The translations under genes were made by a program, and so were the position numbers. A DNA stretch of 64,000 bases from Octopus vulgaris (Eukaryota). The DNA lies in assembly GCA_951406725.2 (NCBI GenBank), contig OX597833.1:16678001-16742000 (forward strand), given 5' to 3'. Positions 1 to 13,619 of this stretch are shown here, one piece after another. The notes below the pieces were generated by a model, which was not told the DNA's origin, did no database searches, and saw nothing but the letters and a program-made list of their open reading frames with translations. Numbering within the stretch: position 1 is the stretch's first letter; each line of letters opens with the position of its first letter.

Positions 1-732
1 CTGAGTTCAAAACGTCTGTCTTTACGTTCTGAGTTCAAATTCCGCCGAGGTCAACTTACCCCTTTCATCCTTTCGGGCTCGATAATTTAAGTACCAGTTG
101 CGTACTAAGGTTGACCTAATCGACTGGCGCCCTCCCCAAAACTCAAAACTTTCGGGCCTTGTGCTTAGAGTAGAAAAAGAATCGTTGGCACGCCGGGTGA
201 AATGCGTAGCCGTATTTCGTCTGCCGTTACGTTCTGAGTTCAAATTTCCGCCGAGGTCGACTTTGCCTTTCATCCTTTCGGGGTCGATTAAATAAGTACC
301 AGTTACGCACTGGGGTCGATGTAATCGAATTAATCCGTGTGTCTGTCCTTGTTTGTCCCCTCTGTGTTTAGCCCCTTGTGGGTAGTAAAGAAATATATAT
401 TTTGTCTGCCACTACGTTCTGAGTTCAAATTCCGCCGAGGTCGACTTAGCCTTTCATCCTTTCGGGGTCGATTAAATAAGTATCAATTACATACTAGGGT
501 CGATATAATCGACTTAATCCGTTTGTCTGTCCTTGTTTGTCCTCTCTCTGTTTAACCCCTTGTGGGTAGTAAAGAAATAGGTATTTCGTCTGCCGTTACG
601 TTCTGAGTTCAAATTCCGCCGAGGTCGACATTGCCTTTCGAGGTCAATAAATTAAATACCAGTTGCATGCTGGGGTCGATCTAATCGACTGGCCTCCTCC
701 CCTAAAATTTCGGGCCTTGTGCCAAGAGTAGA
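1..732 (+). mobile_element. Head-to-tail array of Meta-like tRNA-derived SINE units (~180 bp period)
   Basis: Repeated GTTCTGAGTTCAAATTCCGCCGAGGTCGACTTTGCCTTTCATCCTTTCGGGGTCGAT (B-box-like plus Meta-like core); same unit recurs at many loci in the window. Confidence 0.8.
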
Positions 733-964
733 GTTGAGATCTCTCTATAAGGAAGGCAGCGAGCTGGCAGAAACGTTAGCACGCCAGGCGAAATGCTTAG
801 CGGCATTTCATCCGTCTTTACGTTCCGAGTTCAAATTCCACCGCGGTCGACTTTCATCTTTTCTGGCTCGATAAAATTTCAGGCCTTGTGTCTATAGTTG
901 AAAGGACTGTTGTTTAGCACCAGGTCAGCCCTGATTCAGCAGAATTATAATTTCCAGGTGTGGA

Positions 965-1319
965 TGGAAGCACTCCGTCGGTTACGAAGACGAGGGTTCC
1001 GGTTGATCCGAATCAACGGAACAGCCTGCTCGTGAAATTAACGTGTACCCTTAACGTAGTTCTCGGGGATATTCAGCGTGACACAGAGAGTGACAAGGCC
1101 GGCCCTTTGAAATACAAGTACAACAGAAACAGGAAGTGAGAGTGAGAGAAAGTTGTGGTGAAAGAGTACAGCAGGGATCACCACCACCTCCTGCCGGAGC
1201 CTCGTGGAGCTTTAGTATGTTCGCTCAATAAACACTCACAACGCCCGATCTGGGAATCGAAACCGCGATCCTACGACCGCGAGTCCGCTGCCCTAACCAT
1301 TGGGCCATTGCGCTTCCAC
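965..1319 (-). mobile_element. tRNA-derived SINE (same family as 22874-23277)
   Basis: Minus-strand head GGCCCAATGGTTAGGGCAGCGGACTCGCGGTCG...GGTTTCGATTCC; near-perfect 12-bp TSD atttccaggtgt (950-961) / atttccagctgt (1322-1333). Confidence 0.85.
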
Positions 1320-1927
1320 AGATTTCCAGCTGTATTCAAAGCGTTTCAGACTTGTACACCCTACCTGTTTTTTAGGCATAAATCTGTGGCTACACCACCT
1401 GAAATTCCCTTACATTTTCAAAGACTAAGTAGAGCGAATTGAAAAGCAAATTTTACTGCTATTTCTAGTAAGTCAAACGACGCATAGATGTTCTGTGTCT
1501 GGCATTTGTAGTGTTGCCGATGTTATTTCTATATAGTGGTGTAGGGTGTAGATGGTTATGGATTTGGGTGTAGTGTATATATTAGTAAGCAGTTGAACTG
1601 CTGTATAATTGATAATTACATTCTCTTATTATAGATGACACGTGCAAAGATTTGCTTCTTTTTTTTTTAAATAGGTTAGCGGAAAGAAAAGGGAAGAAAA
1701 CAAACCGGAAGATAGAGGAAAAACAAACAAACACACAAACACACATACAAGCACAAATGCGCATACGCATACACAGATAGTCACGTGCCAATACAGACAG
1801 AGCTCACATGTCGCACGTGTCTCCCTCCTTCTCACTCTCTCTCTCTTCTCACATATATATATATATATATATATACATACATACATGTATACATACATGT
1901 ATATATTATTAATATTATATTACATAT

Positions 1928-2326
1928 TCTTTTCTACTCTAGGCATAAGGCCCGAATTTTGGTGGGAGGGGGCCAGTCGGTTAGATCGACACCGGTACGC
2001 AACTGGTACTTAATTTATCGACCCCCAAAAGGATGAAAGGCAAAGTCGACTTCGACGGAACTTGAACTCAGAACGTAAAGACAGAAGAAATACCCATTTC
2101 TTTACTACCCACAAGGGGCTAAACACAGAAGAGACAAACAAGGATAGACAAACGGATTACGTCGATTATATCGACCCCAGTGCGTAACTGGTACTTATTT
2201 AATCGACCCCGAAAGGATGAAAGGCAAAGTCGACCTCGGCAGAATTTGAACTCAGAACGTAACGGTAGACGAAATTCCGCTAAGCTTTTCGCCCGGCGTG
2301 CCAACGTTTCTGCCAGTTCGCCGCCT
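1928..2326 (-). mobile_element. Meta-like SINE dimer
   Basis: Reverse complement of the unit at 1-732, with head GGCGAACTGGCAGAAACGTTGGCAC and terminal module. Confidence 0.8.
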
Positions 2327-2388
2327 TATATCATGTTACATATTACATTTCATACATACATTATATATATATATATATATATATAACT

Positions 2389-2437
<49 letters not shown>

Positions 2438-2572
2438 GTATATGTACATACATACATACATACATACATACATACATACTTACCTATACACACACACACA
2501 CACACACACATATGCACATATATATATATTTAATTATAAATATATATAAACACGTGTGTGTGTGTATGTGTG

Positions 2573-2609
<37 letters not shown>

Positions 2610-2823
2610 CCGGTTGTGTGTGTTGGAATCTAAGACCTTCACTAACCGATATTCTGAGATTCACGTAGGGTTGCTATTGCAAGAATATCCTGCCCAATAC
2701 ACGTGACAGCGAGATACATACATACACACACATATACATATACATATGTACACGTATATGATCATACACACACGTGTATATATATATGTGTGTGTGTGTG
2801 TATGAAGACATATACACATTGAA

Positions 2824-2874
<51 letters not shown>

Positions 2875-3081
2875 GAGAGAGTAAGTATACATTTCTAGCG
2901 CTCGTATGAAAGGTTTTTCTTTCTTTTTTCTCTTTGTGGTAAAAAAAAAAGTGATCATTATTCAAGTTTCATTAACGTAACATCAGAGATCCGTCAGTTA
3001 ATTTCTTTTCGCTAAATTACAACTCAGAGTTATAACCATAAACTGTCGCGTCTATATTTTACTGTCAATGTAATCAACTAG

Positions 3082-3559
3082 GGATCTTTTCTAAAAGAAG
3101 GCCAGATTTTTCTAGTTAACTAAATAATTTGAAACTTCGTATACTGGTAGAATGTGTCAAAAAAAACATTAATTTCAATTAGTTTTTTGGAGAAAAATGT
3201 ATTTTCTAACTTTTACGTAGTTTAATTCTTCGAATTTTAACCAATCGTATTCTCTGTTTTGACCTCAATTCATTTACTGCCGGTTATTCATCCTTATCAG
3301 TCTTCTGTTTTCTGTCTTCAAAGGCTTGTTTATTTCAATGTCATCCCTGACTTACGGACCGGTTACCTGTGTGTGTGTGTGTGTGTTTGTTGTGTATGTG
3401 TGTGCGTGTGTGTGTTTGTGTGTGTGTGTGTTAGAAAATACATTTTTCTCCAAAAAACTAATTGAAATTAATGTTTTCTTTTGACACATTCTACCAGTAT
3501 ACGAATTTTAAAATTATTTAGTTAACTAGAAAAATCTGGCCTTCTTTTAGAAAAGGTCC
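3082..3559. mobile_element. MITE with ~130-bp terminal inverted repeats (TIRs) and 8-bp TSD (Merlin- or MULE-like)
   Basis: Ends GGATCTTTTCTAAAAGAAGGCC / GGCCTTCTTTTAGAAAAGGTCC; TSD tcaactag at 3074-3081 and 3560-3567. Confidence 0.9.
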
Positions 3560-3594
3560 TCAACTAGTTCCCACCACCGTAAATTTGTTACTAT

Positions 3595-4400
3595 TATTAT
3601 TGAGTGAGAGAGCAGCGTATGCCATCTAAGTGGCACTGAGGCACAAATATACGAAGCCCAGTATACCCATCATGACTACCCATCTGATAAGAGTACACCA
3701 CGCATGCATCACAACCATATGTGTGCGACATGGTGATTTTATATCAAGATAAAACAGCACATGACCTTTTAAGTGGGGCCCAGTTAGAATTTTCTTCTGA
3801 TCGAGTAACCCATCCCGCTCAAAAGGTCCTTGAATAAGGTTTGTTTGAGGATGTTGAATGAAACACCCATGTTTCCAGAGGTGGATTATTACAACTCCAA
3901 AGAATTCCTTTCAACACTACTTTTGCTCATGATCAGAGATGCACATATTGTCAACCACCAAGGGAAATGCTCAACTGGTTAAGGTCAAACAACTGACAAT
4001 CAAATCTATGGTATTGAGCAGAATATTTGCTGTAGCCCATCTTTTATACCAAGACAAAACAATGTACATGATAACATTTGCAATCAGCAGGTATGTCATC
4101 AAATTGACTCTGGGGTACAAATATACGAAGCCCAATATACCCATGGTGACTACCCGTCTGATAAGGGTACAAACCCCACAATATTCCTTTCAACACGTGG
4201 CTATGTTGCTCCCCCACTACTTCTGCTCGTGATCGGAGTTGCACATATCGTCAGCCACCAAGGGGCAGGCTCAACTGGTTATGGTCAAACAACTGACAAG
4301 CAAATCTGTGGTACTGAGCAGAATATTTGCTGTAGCCCATCTTTTATACCAAGACAAAATAATGTACATGATAACATTTCCTAATTAGTTTAGATTAGAA
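3595..4400 (-). mobile_element. Rearranged body of the SINE family seen at 38887-39608
   Basis: Strong similarity to 38887-39465; internal duplication (about 3900-4080 vs 4185-4380); (AAT) tail on the minus strand. Confidence 0.8.
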
Positions 4401-5099
4401 TGCAGGAGAACCATTGCTTGGGATTAGAAATATAAAACAAGGATGATCTCATTAGATAATCCAATCTTTAAATAAATATATACTTAAATCCTTAAAGCTG
4501 AAATGTCTTGGATCATAGGTCTGTTCCTATTAGGGTTTACCAGGTAGTAAAACACAACAGCAATAAAGTATTATAATATTTTTTTATAATCCAGGATATT
4601 CCTGGTTATGTTAGATAAAACTGTGCAGAATAAGACGATTGGGCGTAGCTGTTTGGGAGCTGACACTTTACTTACTTGTACTTGTGGCGACATTCACCCT
4701 AAGCGGGTTGAGTCGGCTTCTTCTACCACCCTCGAGGCATCTCGAAGAAGTTGGAAGAAGTTTCGAGAGAATATGTGGATTTCACAAGCGGTCCCCAACA
4801 ATCCCGCATGTAGAGACATCTTGTTCGCCGCAGGGACAGAACGACCGAGGAGCCGCCGGTTGCCGAAACAGACACTCCGAGGATTTTCACCAGAGCCCCG
4901 TCTATCTTGCATACATCGCACAACCCGTACGTTTAAATATTTTAAATAATAATATTGTGACCATTCCTAAATTTTTCAAATTCTAATTCTTTATGACTAA
5001 ATAAGAATGAATGTATCATACTAGCTTTTATTCAACATGCATAGATTACTAAAAAGCTTCATTGCATATTTAGAATTAAATTCTCTCTCTCTTTTTTTT

Positions 5100-6128
5100 T
5101 TTACAATCTCCTATATTAAATAGTATAAATTCTATGTCCCTAAGGAAACTACTCAGTTCATCTTGATTACCTCACTTCCATTTCTTAATATATCATTAAC
5201 CCAGGATACTTTTACCTAACTGATTAGCTTTTCCGCGGGTAGTGAATATTAGGTCTAACAGATTCATTAATATAATTCATTAATAACAATTCTCTATCTA
5301 CTAAATCTGAGAAATTTACTCTTCTTGATTACTTCTCTTCCTAAAAATAAATCACCTTCTACTAAACCGAAGAAAATTATTCATTTTGATTACTCCTTTT
5401 TCATTTTTTCTAATATATATAATTGACCCCTAATATATTCACTTTATTAATTACACTTTTGTCCACAGTTATTGAGTATTATGCCTACTCATAATAAATG
5501 ATAGGTTTTTGTCCAAAATTAATAAATATTAGATTTATAATTTCTCCTTTAATCCAACGTATCAAAATAATCAACACCTACTAGCTAAGTATAAATCTGA
5601 TGTATATAAGTATAAATGAATCTCTGTATTCTCTATAACTTTTGGTATATAGGTGGTCATTGTGACCATTTAGCATTGACCTAGTTTTCTTGATACAAAA
5701 TCTGTTTGCCAAATAGCTGTAAACAGAATCTAGGGCTTTATAACCACCTTTCTACTTTAATTTCTTTAGGAATAACTTCTGACATTTATTTCACCCCTAT
5801 TTCTATAAATAGAAAATTTCATTTGTTTCCATTCAACTGAATATACTTCTAGCAGTTCAAAATAACTTAAAGAATATTCTTCAGTCAGAAGATAAATTCT
5901 ACTACCTTAATGTTCTTAAAATTCAAATCGACATCTCTGTCTATATATCTACCCTCTCTGTAATGTTATCAATTAATATAAAAATATGTATTAATGGAAT
6001 ACCTCTATAAATGGCTGATGATTGCTCAACATTTTAAAACTGTTGTAATACTTACAATGTTTAATAAAATGATGTAGCGTGAAACGATCGTACCGAATTA
6101 CCGAAGTTATTCTTGTTGCTTATTTTGA

Positions 6129-6130
<2 letters not shown>
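5100..6130 (+). pseudogene. Heavily decayed Penelope-like retroelement 3' part (RT remnant, GIY-YIG remnant, terminal repeat with hammerhead)
   Basis: Fragmentary translations in PLE order: ILNSI..TQFIL, SLPFLNISL (LPFLD-like), PTHNK (HPxHxK-like), YKICLPNSCKQNLG (GIY-YIG/Cys-like), KFHLFPFN; ends in a hammerhead motif followed by (TA)n. Confidence 0.6.
6012..6095 (+). ncRNA. Type I hammerhead ribozyme-like motif, long stem II
   Basis: tgg-CTGATGA(6015-6021)...GAAAC(6081-6085)-gatc-GTA-ccg; palindromic stem III ACGATCGT; homologous to 50391-50479 and 58173-58264. Confidence 0.65.
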
Positions 6131-6222
<92 letters not shown>

Positions 6223-6226
6223 GTAC

Positions 6227-6318
<92 letters not shown>

Positions 6319-6809
6319 CATATGCACACATGTATACGTATATATGTGCTATATGTGTGTCTGTGTGTCTGTCTGTCTGTTTGTCTGTGTAGACAACATG
6401 CCGTCTACTTTAACGCCCCAACATTGATCTCCAGTGCATTAGTGAAGTTCCCGCTGTTACCAGCATTGGCGTTCGGTATCTGATTTGAAGACATTACCGA
6501 ATCTCTTAAAAATAACAAAAGGATCAAAGAGCGATGTCCTTTTCTATTGCGTAAGCTGTGAACAGAAAAGGAAATGAAAGAATTAGAAAAATTTCCATCC
6601 AAAAGTGCAGTTGAACTCAGCATTATAAACTAATAAAACATCTAATAATTTATATAGTATCGTTGTTGTTGTTGTTATTTACAGAGATATATTAGACTGT
6701 TTCTGAGAGGTGCAAATTAAGTCCTTTGGTCATGAACACATCAGCGATAGCTTATCTTCTCGGTAACCTGCTCCAGACTTGAGTCAGAATCTATGGAAAT
6801 ATAACTCTT

Positions 6810-7195
6810 GTGTGTTCATTTGAGTGGGTGTGCGTGTATGTGTGCGTACATTTATTTGTGTGTATATGTGTGGGTGTTATTCTGTGTGTGTGTGTGTGTA
6901 AGTGTGTGTGTGTGTGTGTGTGTGAGTTTACGTTTGTAATGGCTTGCATGTGTTTGTATGTGTACAGATGTGTGCATACGTTTAAATGTAACATTACGCC
7001 AGCTCCTTAATCGGATGATGTGTATAAGATATACATACATAGATATACATACATACACACACAGACACATAGACATAGACTCACAGACACAGGCAGACAC
7101 ACACACACATATGTATAAATACACACATATATATACATATATGTTTATGTATATATCTATATATATATACATATATGTATAAACATCTCTGTGTT

Positions 7196-7234
<39 letters not shown>

Positions 7235-7317
7235 ATATATATGTATGTATATATATATATGTATATATATGTATATATATATATATGTATGTATATATAT
7301 ATGTATATGTATATATG

Positions 7318-7348
<31 letters not shown>

Positions 7349-7418
7349 GTATGCATATATCTGTATGTATATATGTATATATATATTTATATATATATAT
7401 ACATACATACATACACAA

Positions 7419-7452
<34 letters not shown>

Positions 7453-7465
7453 ATAGATATGTGTA

Positions 7466-7503
<38 letters not shown>

Positions 7504-7644
7504 CATATATATATATTTATATATATATATACATACATACATAGATACATAATTACATATAATATACATATATGTATGTATATACACACACACTGATATA
7601 TGTATGTATATATATATATGTATATAGATATGTGTATGTGCATA

Positions 7645-7688
<44 letters not shown>

Positions 7689-7750
7689 CATACATAATTA
7701 TATATAATATACACATATGTATGTGTGTATGTGTGTGTGTGTGTGCATGT
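6810..7750. repeat. Compound (TG)/(TA)/(TACA) microsatellite field
   Basis: Direct reading; source of the YIYI/HTHT ORFs. Confidence 0.95.
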
Positions 7751-8257
7751 GTAGTACTATATTTAAATCTATTCCGACGATGAATCATTGATTCCTATGC
7801 CCGTCTTCTCTCAGCGTGCTATATTAATTTCAGCATCTTCTCTTCGTATTTCTCTTCTTGTTTCATAGATTTTTCCGGATTCTGGTTTTGTTTCTGTTTC
7901 TTGAAGGCATGGAGAGTTATAAGAATCGCAATATATCTTGGAAATATTGTCTTCATGAAGCCTCTATTTATATTAGAATCTTGATAATAATGGAAACAGG
8001 TGACAGAATTTGTATATACACGATTATAAATATTAAACGATATCCCATGATTCATATCAAGTATCTCATAAAGCGTGGTTGCTAAACGTATCTATGCAGC
8101 GTATGACGCATATGTGGTAAAGAAGCTCACTTTGTAGGTACCTGGTTTCGGGTTCAGTCTAACTGCGCGGCAATTTGGACAGATGTTTTCTGCTATAACC
8201 TCATGCCATACAATGCTTTGTAATTTAGCACACTACACACACACACACACACAAACT

Positions 8258-8290
<33 letters not shown>

Positions 8291-8418
8291 CACAAATACA
8301 CACACACACAAACACACACACAGATACACACACACACACACAAATACACACACATACACACACAGATGCACACTCACACATACACACTCACACACACATA
8401 TACGCACACACACTCACA

Positions 8419-8462
<44 letters not shown>

Positions 8463-8694
8463 ACGGAGTTCCACACTGCTTCCGTCTACCAACTACATTC
8501 ACAGGCCATTGGTCGGCCCGGGATTATAGAAGACACTCGCCCAAGGTGCAGTGAAATGGAACTGAGCCCGGAACCACGTGATTGGAAAGAGAGTTTCCTA
8601 TATGAAAAACATTGTCACATCCATCTGGCATGATGCTCACTGCTTGTTCTCATTGCCTCCGTCTCCCCTTCTTTGGATCTTTCCTTTTTCTATG

Positions 8695-8727
8695 TTTCTG
8701 AAGAAGAGCTCCGCTCGAAACGTTAAT
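8695..8727 (+). ncRNA. Minimal hammerhead-like motif, canonical core
   Basis: CTGAAGA-a-gagc-tcc-gctc-GAAAC-GTT; stem I weak; within an ~220-bp element (8610-8830) related to 55403-55617, ending at (TA)n. Confidence 0.6.
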
Positions 8728-8884
8728 GTATCCTTCTTTCCTTCTTTCCTGAGCGTCCAATAATGCTATACTTGTTCCACGTCCTTGCGTTGTTGTCTTT
8801 TCTCTTTGTGTTTTCATGTTTGGATTAACTATATATATATATATATATATATAAATGTATGTATGTATTTATATATATATGTAG

Positions 8885-9200
8885 TACTCCGTCGGTTACG
8901 ACGACGATGGTCCCAGCTGATACGATTAACGGAACGGTCTGCTCGTGAAATGAACATGCAAGTGGGTAAGAATTCCACAGACACGCGTACCCCTAACGTA
9001 GTTCTCAGGGAGATTCAGCGGGACACAGAGTGTGACAAGGCCGGCCCTTTTGAAATACAAGTACAACTCATTTTTGCCAGCTGAGTGGACTTGAGCAACG
9101 TGAAATAAAGTGTCTTGCTCAAGGACACAACGCGTTGCCGGGAATCGAAATCACGGCCTTAAAAACGTGAGCTGAATGCCCTAACCACTAAGACACGCAC
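8885..9200 (-). mobile_element. V-domain-like SINE sharing its 3' module with the 22874 family
   Basis: Minus-strand GTGTCCTTGAGCAAGACACTTTATTTCACG core joined to ...GTCGTAACCGACGGAGT tail. Confidence 0.75.
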
Positions 9201-9550
9201 ACACAGATATACTACGTCCTTACCTTCGACACGCGGAGTAGACGAAACAGGGACAACTGAAGAAGGGGAATATTCCTTGTGTTGTATGTCTTGTACTCTG
9301 TTTTTTGTTGTTCGAAAAAAAGTTCGTTTCCATATTTTTGTTTTCGTTTCTCATTGTGTTCAACGTTTTTGTGATGTCCTGTACCTATATATGCATGTAT
9401 ATATGATTATATTTATATATTATTTATATTATTATATGATCGAACGCCACGCATCCTTTTCCAACTAAGTTTTATCTATATATACGCATATATATATTGC
9501 ACATATATATTGTAATATATACGCACACACACATATATATTACACATACA

Positions 9551-9612
<62 letters not shown>

Positions 9613-9892
9613 TAGATGAGAGTATTTTTACCTTGTTAACAATTAACTACTTATGACGTTATATCATATAACGTTTTTTTAAACAATATTAATAGCGTTC
9701 TGTCTATCGCTATACAAATCCATAACTTTTTGCTAAAATGTCGTATTGACGAGTTTCGTTTTTTTCACTTTCCCGAAGAGAAGATTGCATTGTTTATACC
9801 ATTTATTCTTTTGAATAGTATCAGTGGAATTTTCGAAACATGTGTCGAAAGTAAAAATACTTTTTTACAACCTGCGTTAACTCCATTTTTTA

Positions 9893-9941
<49 letters not shown>

Positions 9942-10674
9942 TATATATACATACATACACACACACACTCATATATATATATATAATTCGCTCTCTTTTA
10001 TTGTTGAGCAAAAAAATTGAACCTCTTATTTAACAATATCAACAACACCCATATAGAAAAAAATAATAAACCTCGACACTAAGAGACTAAACAAAGAAAA
10101 TATTCCAAGGAAAATATATAAATTGGCAAACATTTGTATTTATCATAATGTACAAAACAATACGCAAAACATAAGTAGAGCAATTAGCAGCATCATTATA
10201 ACAGAAGCTGCCCACACTCTAACAAATACAAATTACACATCCATAAAGCTATTCATTTGCCAAAAGCCACTCAAAGAAAACAGAAGCCTAGAGTCTGCAG
10301 AGGAAAATATAAACTGAACTTAGATTATCATTTTGTTGTTCTTGTTCCCTTACTCGTTGGACAGCAAGCAATCTCTTCTACCCCCGCTAGAAAAAAACAA
10401 GTAATTCCGTGAAATTCTTAATTATGAGAAGAAATATAAATAATATTGTAATTAAGTACATACACGTGATGTCAGTGTCAGAAAAACGTGACGGAAATGA
10501 GATTTAGATTGGTTACCTATATGTATACGTGACAGAAGAAAGTTGTAAACAAATATATCTGTTTGGAATACTTCTCCTAATACAGGGGTCGAGGAACTTT
10601 TTTTAACCACTTACTCCCAAATGTACGCTCATTTGAAGGGAAGAAAATCTTAGATTCTTTGAATTTAAAAGGTC

Positions 10675-10885
10675 GGATCTTTTCGGTTTGAACGGCAGTT
10701 TTTAACATAATTTCTAGGTAACTAAAACATTTTAAACTTCGCATACTGGTAGAATGTGTTTATAAAACATCTTTTCCTCTTGGCTTTATTGAGAAAATTC
10801 TATAGTTTGTAAGATATTTGTTGTTTTTTTTTCTTCAATTTCTGCTATTTCAACCAATCAATGATGTCTATTGAGGTGAAAAAAA
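10675..10885 (+). mobile_element. Left-arm fragment of MITE family 46909-47346
   Basis: GGATCTTTTCGGTTTGAACGGCAGTTTTT, near-identical to the 46909 terminus. Confidence 0.85.
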
Positions 10886-11234
10886 ATTTTCCGTCTACCA
10901 AATCCACTCACAAGGCTTTGGTCGGCCCGAGGCTATAGTAGAAGACACTTGCCCAAGGTGCCATGCAGTGGGGCTGAACCCGGAACCATGTGGTTGGTAA
11001 GCAAGCTACTTCCCACACAGCCACTCCTACGCCTATATTGTATATAATGCTTTCAAATTTTGGGCCAAGGCCAACAGTTTTGGGTGAGAGGAATGGTCGA
11101 TTGCACCAGCCGTACCAGCCGCAGTGCTCAACTGCTACTTATTTTATCGACCTCAATAAGATGAAAATCAAAGTCGATCTCGGCGACTGAGAATGTATAG
11201 ACGGTCGAAATGTCGCTTCTTTCAACACATCACA

Positions 11235-11627
11235 TCTTTATATATAAAAGTCAAGTTGTGTGTCTGTCTCCTACGATTTAGATTCCTAACTACTCCCACA
11301 TTTTGCGGTGCAGTGTAACCAAAACCGGGTATCTTATAGTCGTGATTCATATCGAGCCCTTCTGGGTATTAGCTACGTCTACGATGAGTCTATGATTTTA
11401 AAAAATTTACCATCATTTTTTTCCATTTTAATGCATTTTATCGCTATTATGTAAGGGAAGTAACTCTCTAAAAATGTCTATGATGGGTCAACAATTTAAA
11501 AAAAATTTACCATCATTTTTTTTCCATTTTGAATGCATTTTTTTGCTATTTTTTGCTATAACTCTCTAAAAATGCTTATATAGTTATTTCCCTTACAAAC
11601 CCAAGCAACGCCGGGCGATACTGCTAG
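11235..11627 (+). mobile_element. Non-autonomous Helitron
   Basis: 5' TC, 3' GC-rich subterminal segment then CTAG, inserted between A and T, no TSD; second copy at 53376-53770. Confidence 0.85.
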
Positions 11628-11831
11628 TTAAATATAATCCTTTCCACTAAAGGAACAAGATCTGAAATTTATGGGGAAGTGGACAAATCGATTACATCGA
11701 TTGGTACTTAATTTATCGACCCCGAAAAGGTAACAGCCAAAGTAGCCCTCGCCGCTAAGCATTTTGTTCGGCGAGGTAACGATTGCGCTAGCTCTCAGCC
11801 TAAATTTGATACATCACATTAAACATATTTT

Positions 11832-12030
11832 ACGGAGATGTACTTGCATAGCAAGTGACTTGATCTGAGATGGTGTGTTGAAGCAAAAGAAAATACAATT
11901 GCAGCGTGAAAGGTGTTTATAAACCATTTAAAAACACACAAAAACCGTTAGAAAATATTTTGACAAATTAAATTTAATTGTTGAAGTGAATCAAACGGTT
12001 TTTGTGTTTTTAAATGGTTTATAAACCCAT
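11832..12030. mobile_element. Fold-back copy of the element seen at 53870-54189
   Basis: AGATGTACTTGCATAGCAAGTGACTTGATCTGAGAT shared; inverted arms about 11915-11950 / 11995-12026. Confidence 0.75.
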
Positions 12031-12540
12031 TAAATATAATATAGCGTAAATTCAATTCAACTCCGCACATTTAACTTGTGTGGGTGGTAACGAGAATTAA
12101 CTGTACATACATACATACATACATTTACATGATTCATACATATCATCATACATACTTATACATACGATAATAGCTTTCTCTTTCACTTTCAATAAAAATA
12201 CACCATAAATTTTATAGGTAAAACCAGCAGAGAGAGGAAGTCTATAAAGTGTTCACTATAAGTCTCCTTAGTAACCAAATCAAACTTAGAAACGAAATTA
12301 CGTCTATTTGTCTGATATGTAATTACGAAGTGGTGCTAAGGAAAAATAAAAAAAGAGGAAAAACGTGAGTCACACGTGACTCACACGTGACTACAATATC
12401 AGACGTCTTCAGAAAGAGTTTGGGAGGTTTCTATATAAATAGTTGCAAGCACTTGTAAGAAAACATCAAATGAGAAGCGGATGTTGGGGAAAAACAATAT
12501 CTTTAATAGCAGATAAATAAATGTTGAATAAATTAAGAGG

Positions 12541-12628
12541 CTACATACATCATACATACATACATACACGCATACATACATACATACTTACATACATACA
12601 TACAAACATACATACATACAAACATACA

Positions 12629-12662
<34 letters not shown>

Positions 12663-12755
12663 CATAGATACATACATACATATATACATACATACATGCA
12701 TATATACATAGATACATACATACATATATACATACATACGTACATACATACATAC

Positions 12756-12806
<51 letters not shown>

Positions 12807-12834
12807 CATACGTACGTACATACATACATAATAC

Positions 12835-12865
<31 letters not shown>

Positions 12866-13110
12866 CATACATACATACATACATACATACATACATACAT
12901 ACATACGTACATACATACATACATACATATATACATACATACATACATACATACATACATACATACATACATACTTACATATATACATACATACATACAT
13001 ACATATATACATACATACATACATACATACATACATACATACATAATACATGCATACATACATATATACATACATACATACATACATACATATGTACACA
13101 CAAACACACA
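12541..13110. repeat. (TACA)n microsatellite
   Basis: Direct reading. Confidence 0.95.
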
Positions 13111-13147
13111 TATATCTCTTATGATAATGTATATTTATTTATATTTA

Positions 13148-13351
13148 CTCTTTTAACTCTTTTACTTGTTTCAGTCATTTGACTGTGGCCATGCTGGAGC
13201 ACCGCCTTTAGTTGAGCAAATCGACCCCAGGACTTATTCTTTGTAAGTCTAGTACTTATTCTATCGGTCTGTTTTGTCGAACCGCTAAGTTACGGGGACG
13301 TAAACACACCAGCATCGGTTGTCAAGCGATGTTGGGGGACAAACGCAGACA

Positions 13352-13406
<55 letters not shown>

Positions 13407-13583
13407 ATATATACATGTATATGACGGGCTTCTATCAGTTTCCGTCTACCAAATCCACTCACAAGGCTTTGGTCGGCCCGAGGCTATAGTAGAAGACGCC
13501 CAAGGTGCCACGCAGTGGGACTGAACCCGGAACCATACGGGGTTGGTAAGCAAGCTACATACCACAGAACCACTCCTGCGCCT
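13148..13583 (-). mobile_element. CORE-like tRNA-derived SINE with internal microsatellite (octopus OR-type, inferred)
   Basis: Head GGCGCAGGAGTGG..GGTTCAGTCCC, CORE-like GGCACCTTGGGC, (TG)n, 3' module ending GAAACAAGTAAAAGAG. Confidence 0.85.
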
Positions 13584-13619
13584 ATATATATATATTGATA
13601 TTTATATATATCTATATTT

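Noticed and set aside
11235-12030. Helitron and the fold-back element adjacent at two loci (also 53376-54189) as one composite unit
   Set aside because: Helitron orientation and intervening sequence differ between the loci; likely coincidence of abundant repeats
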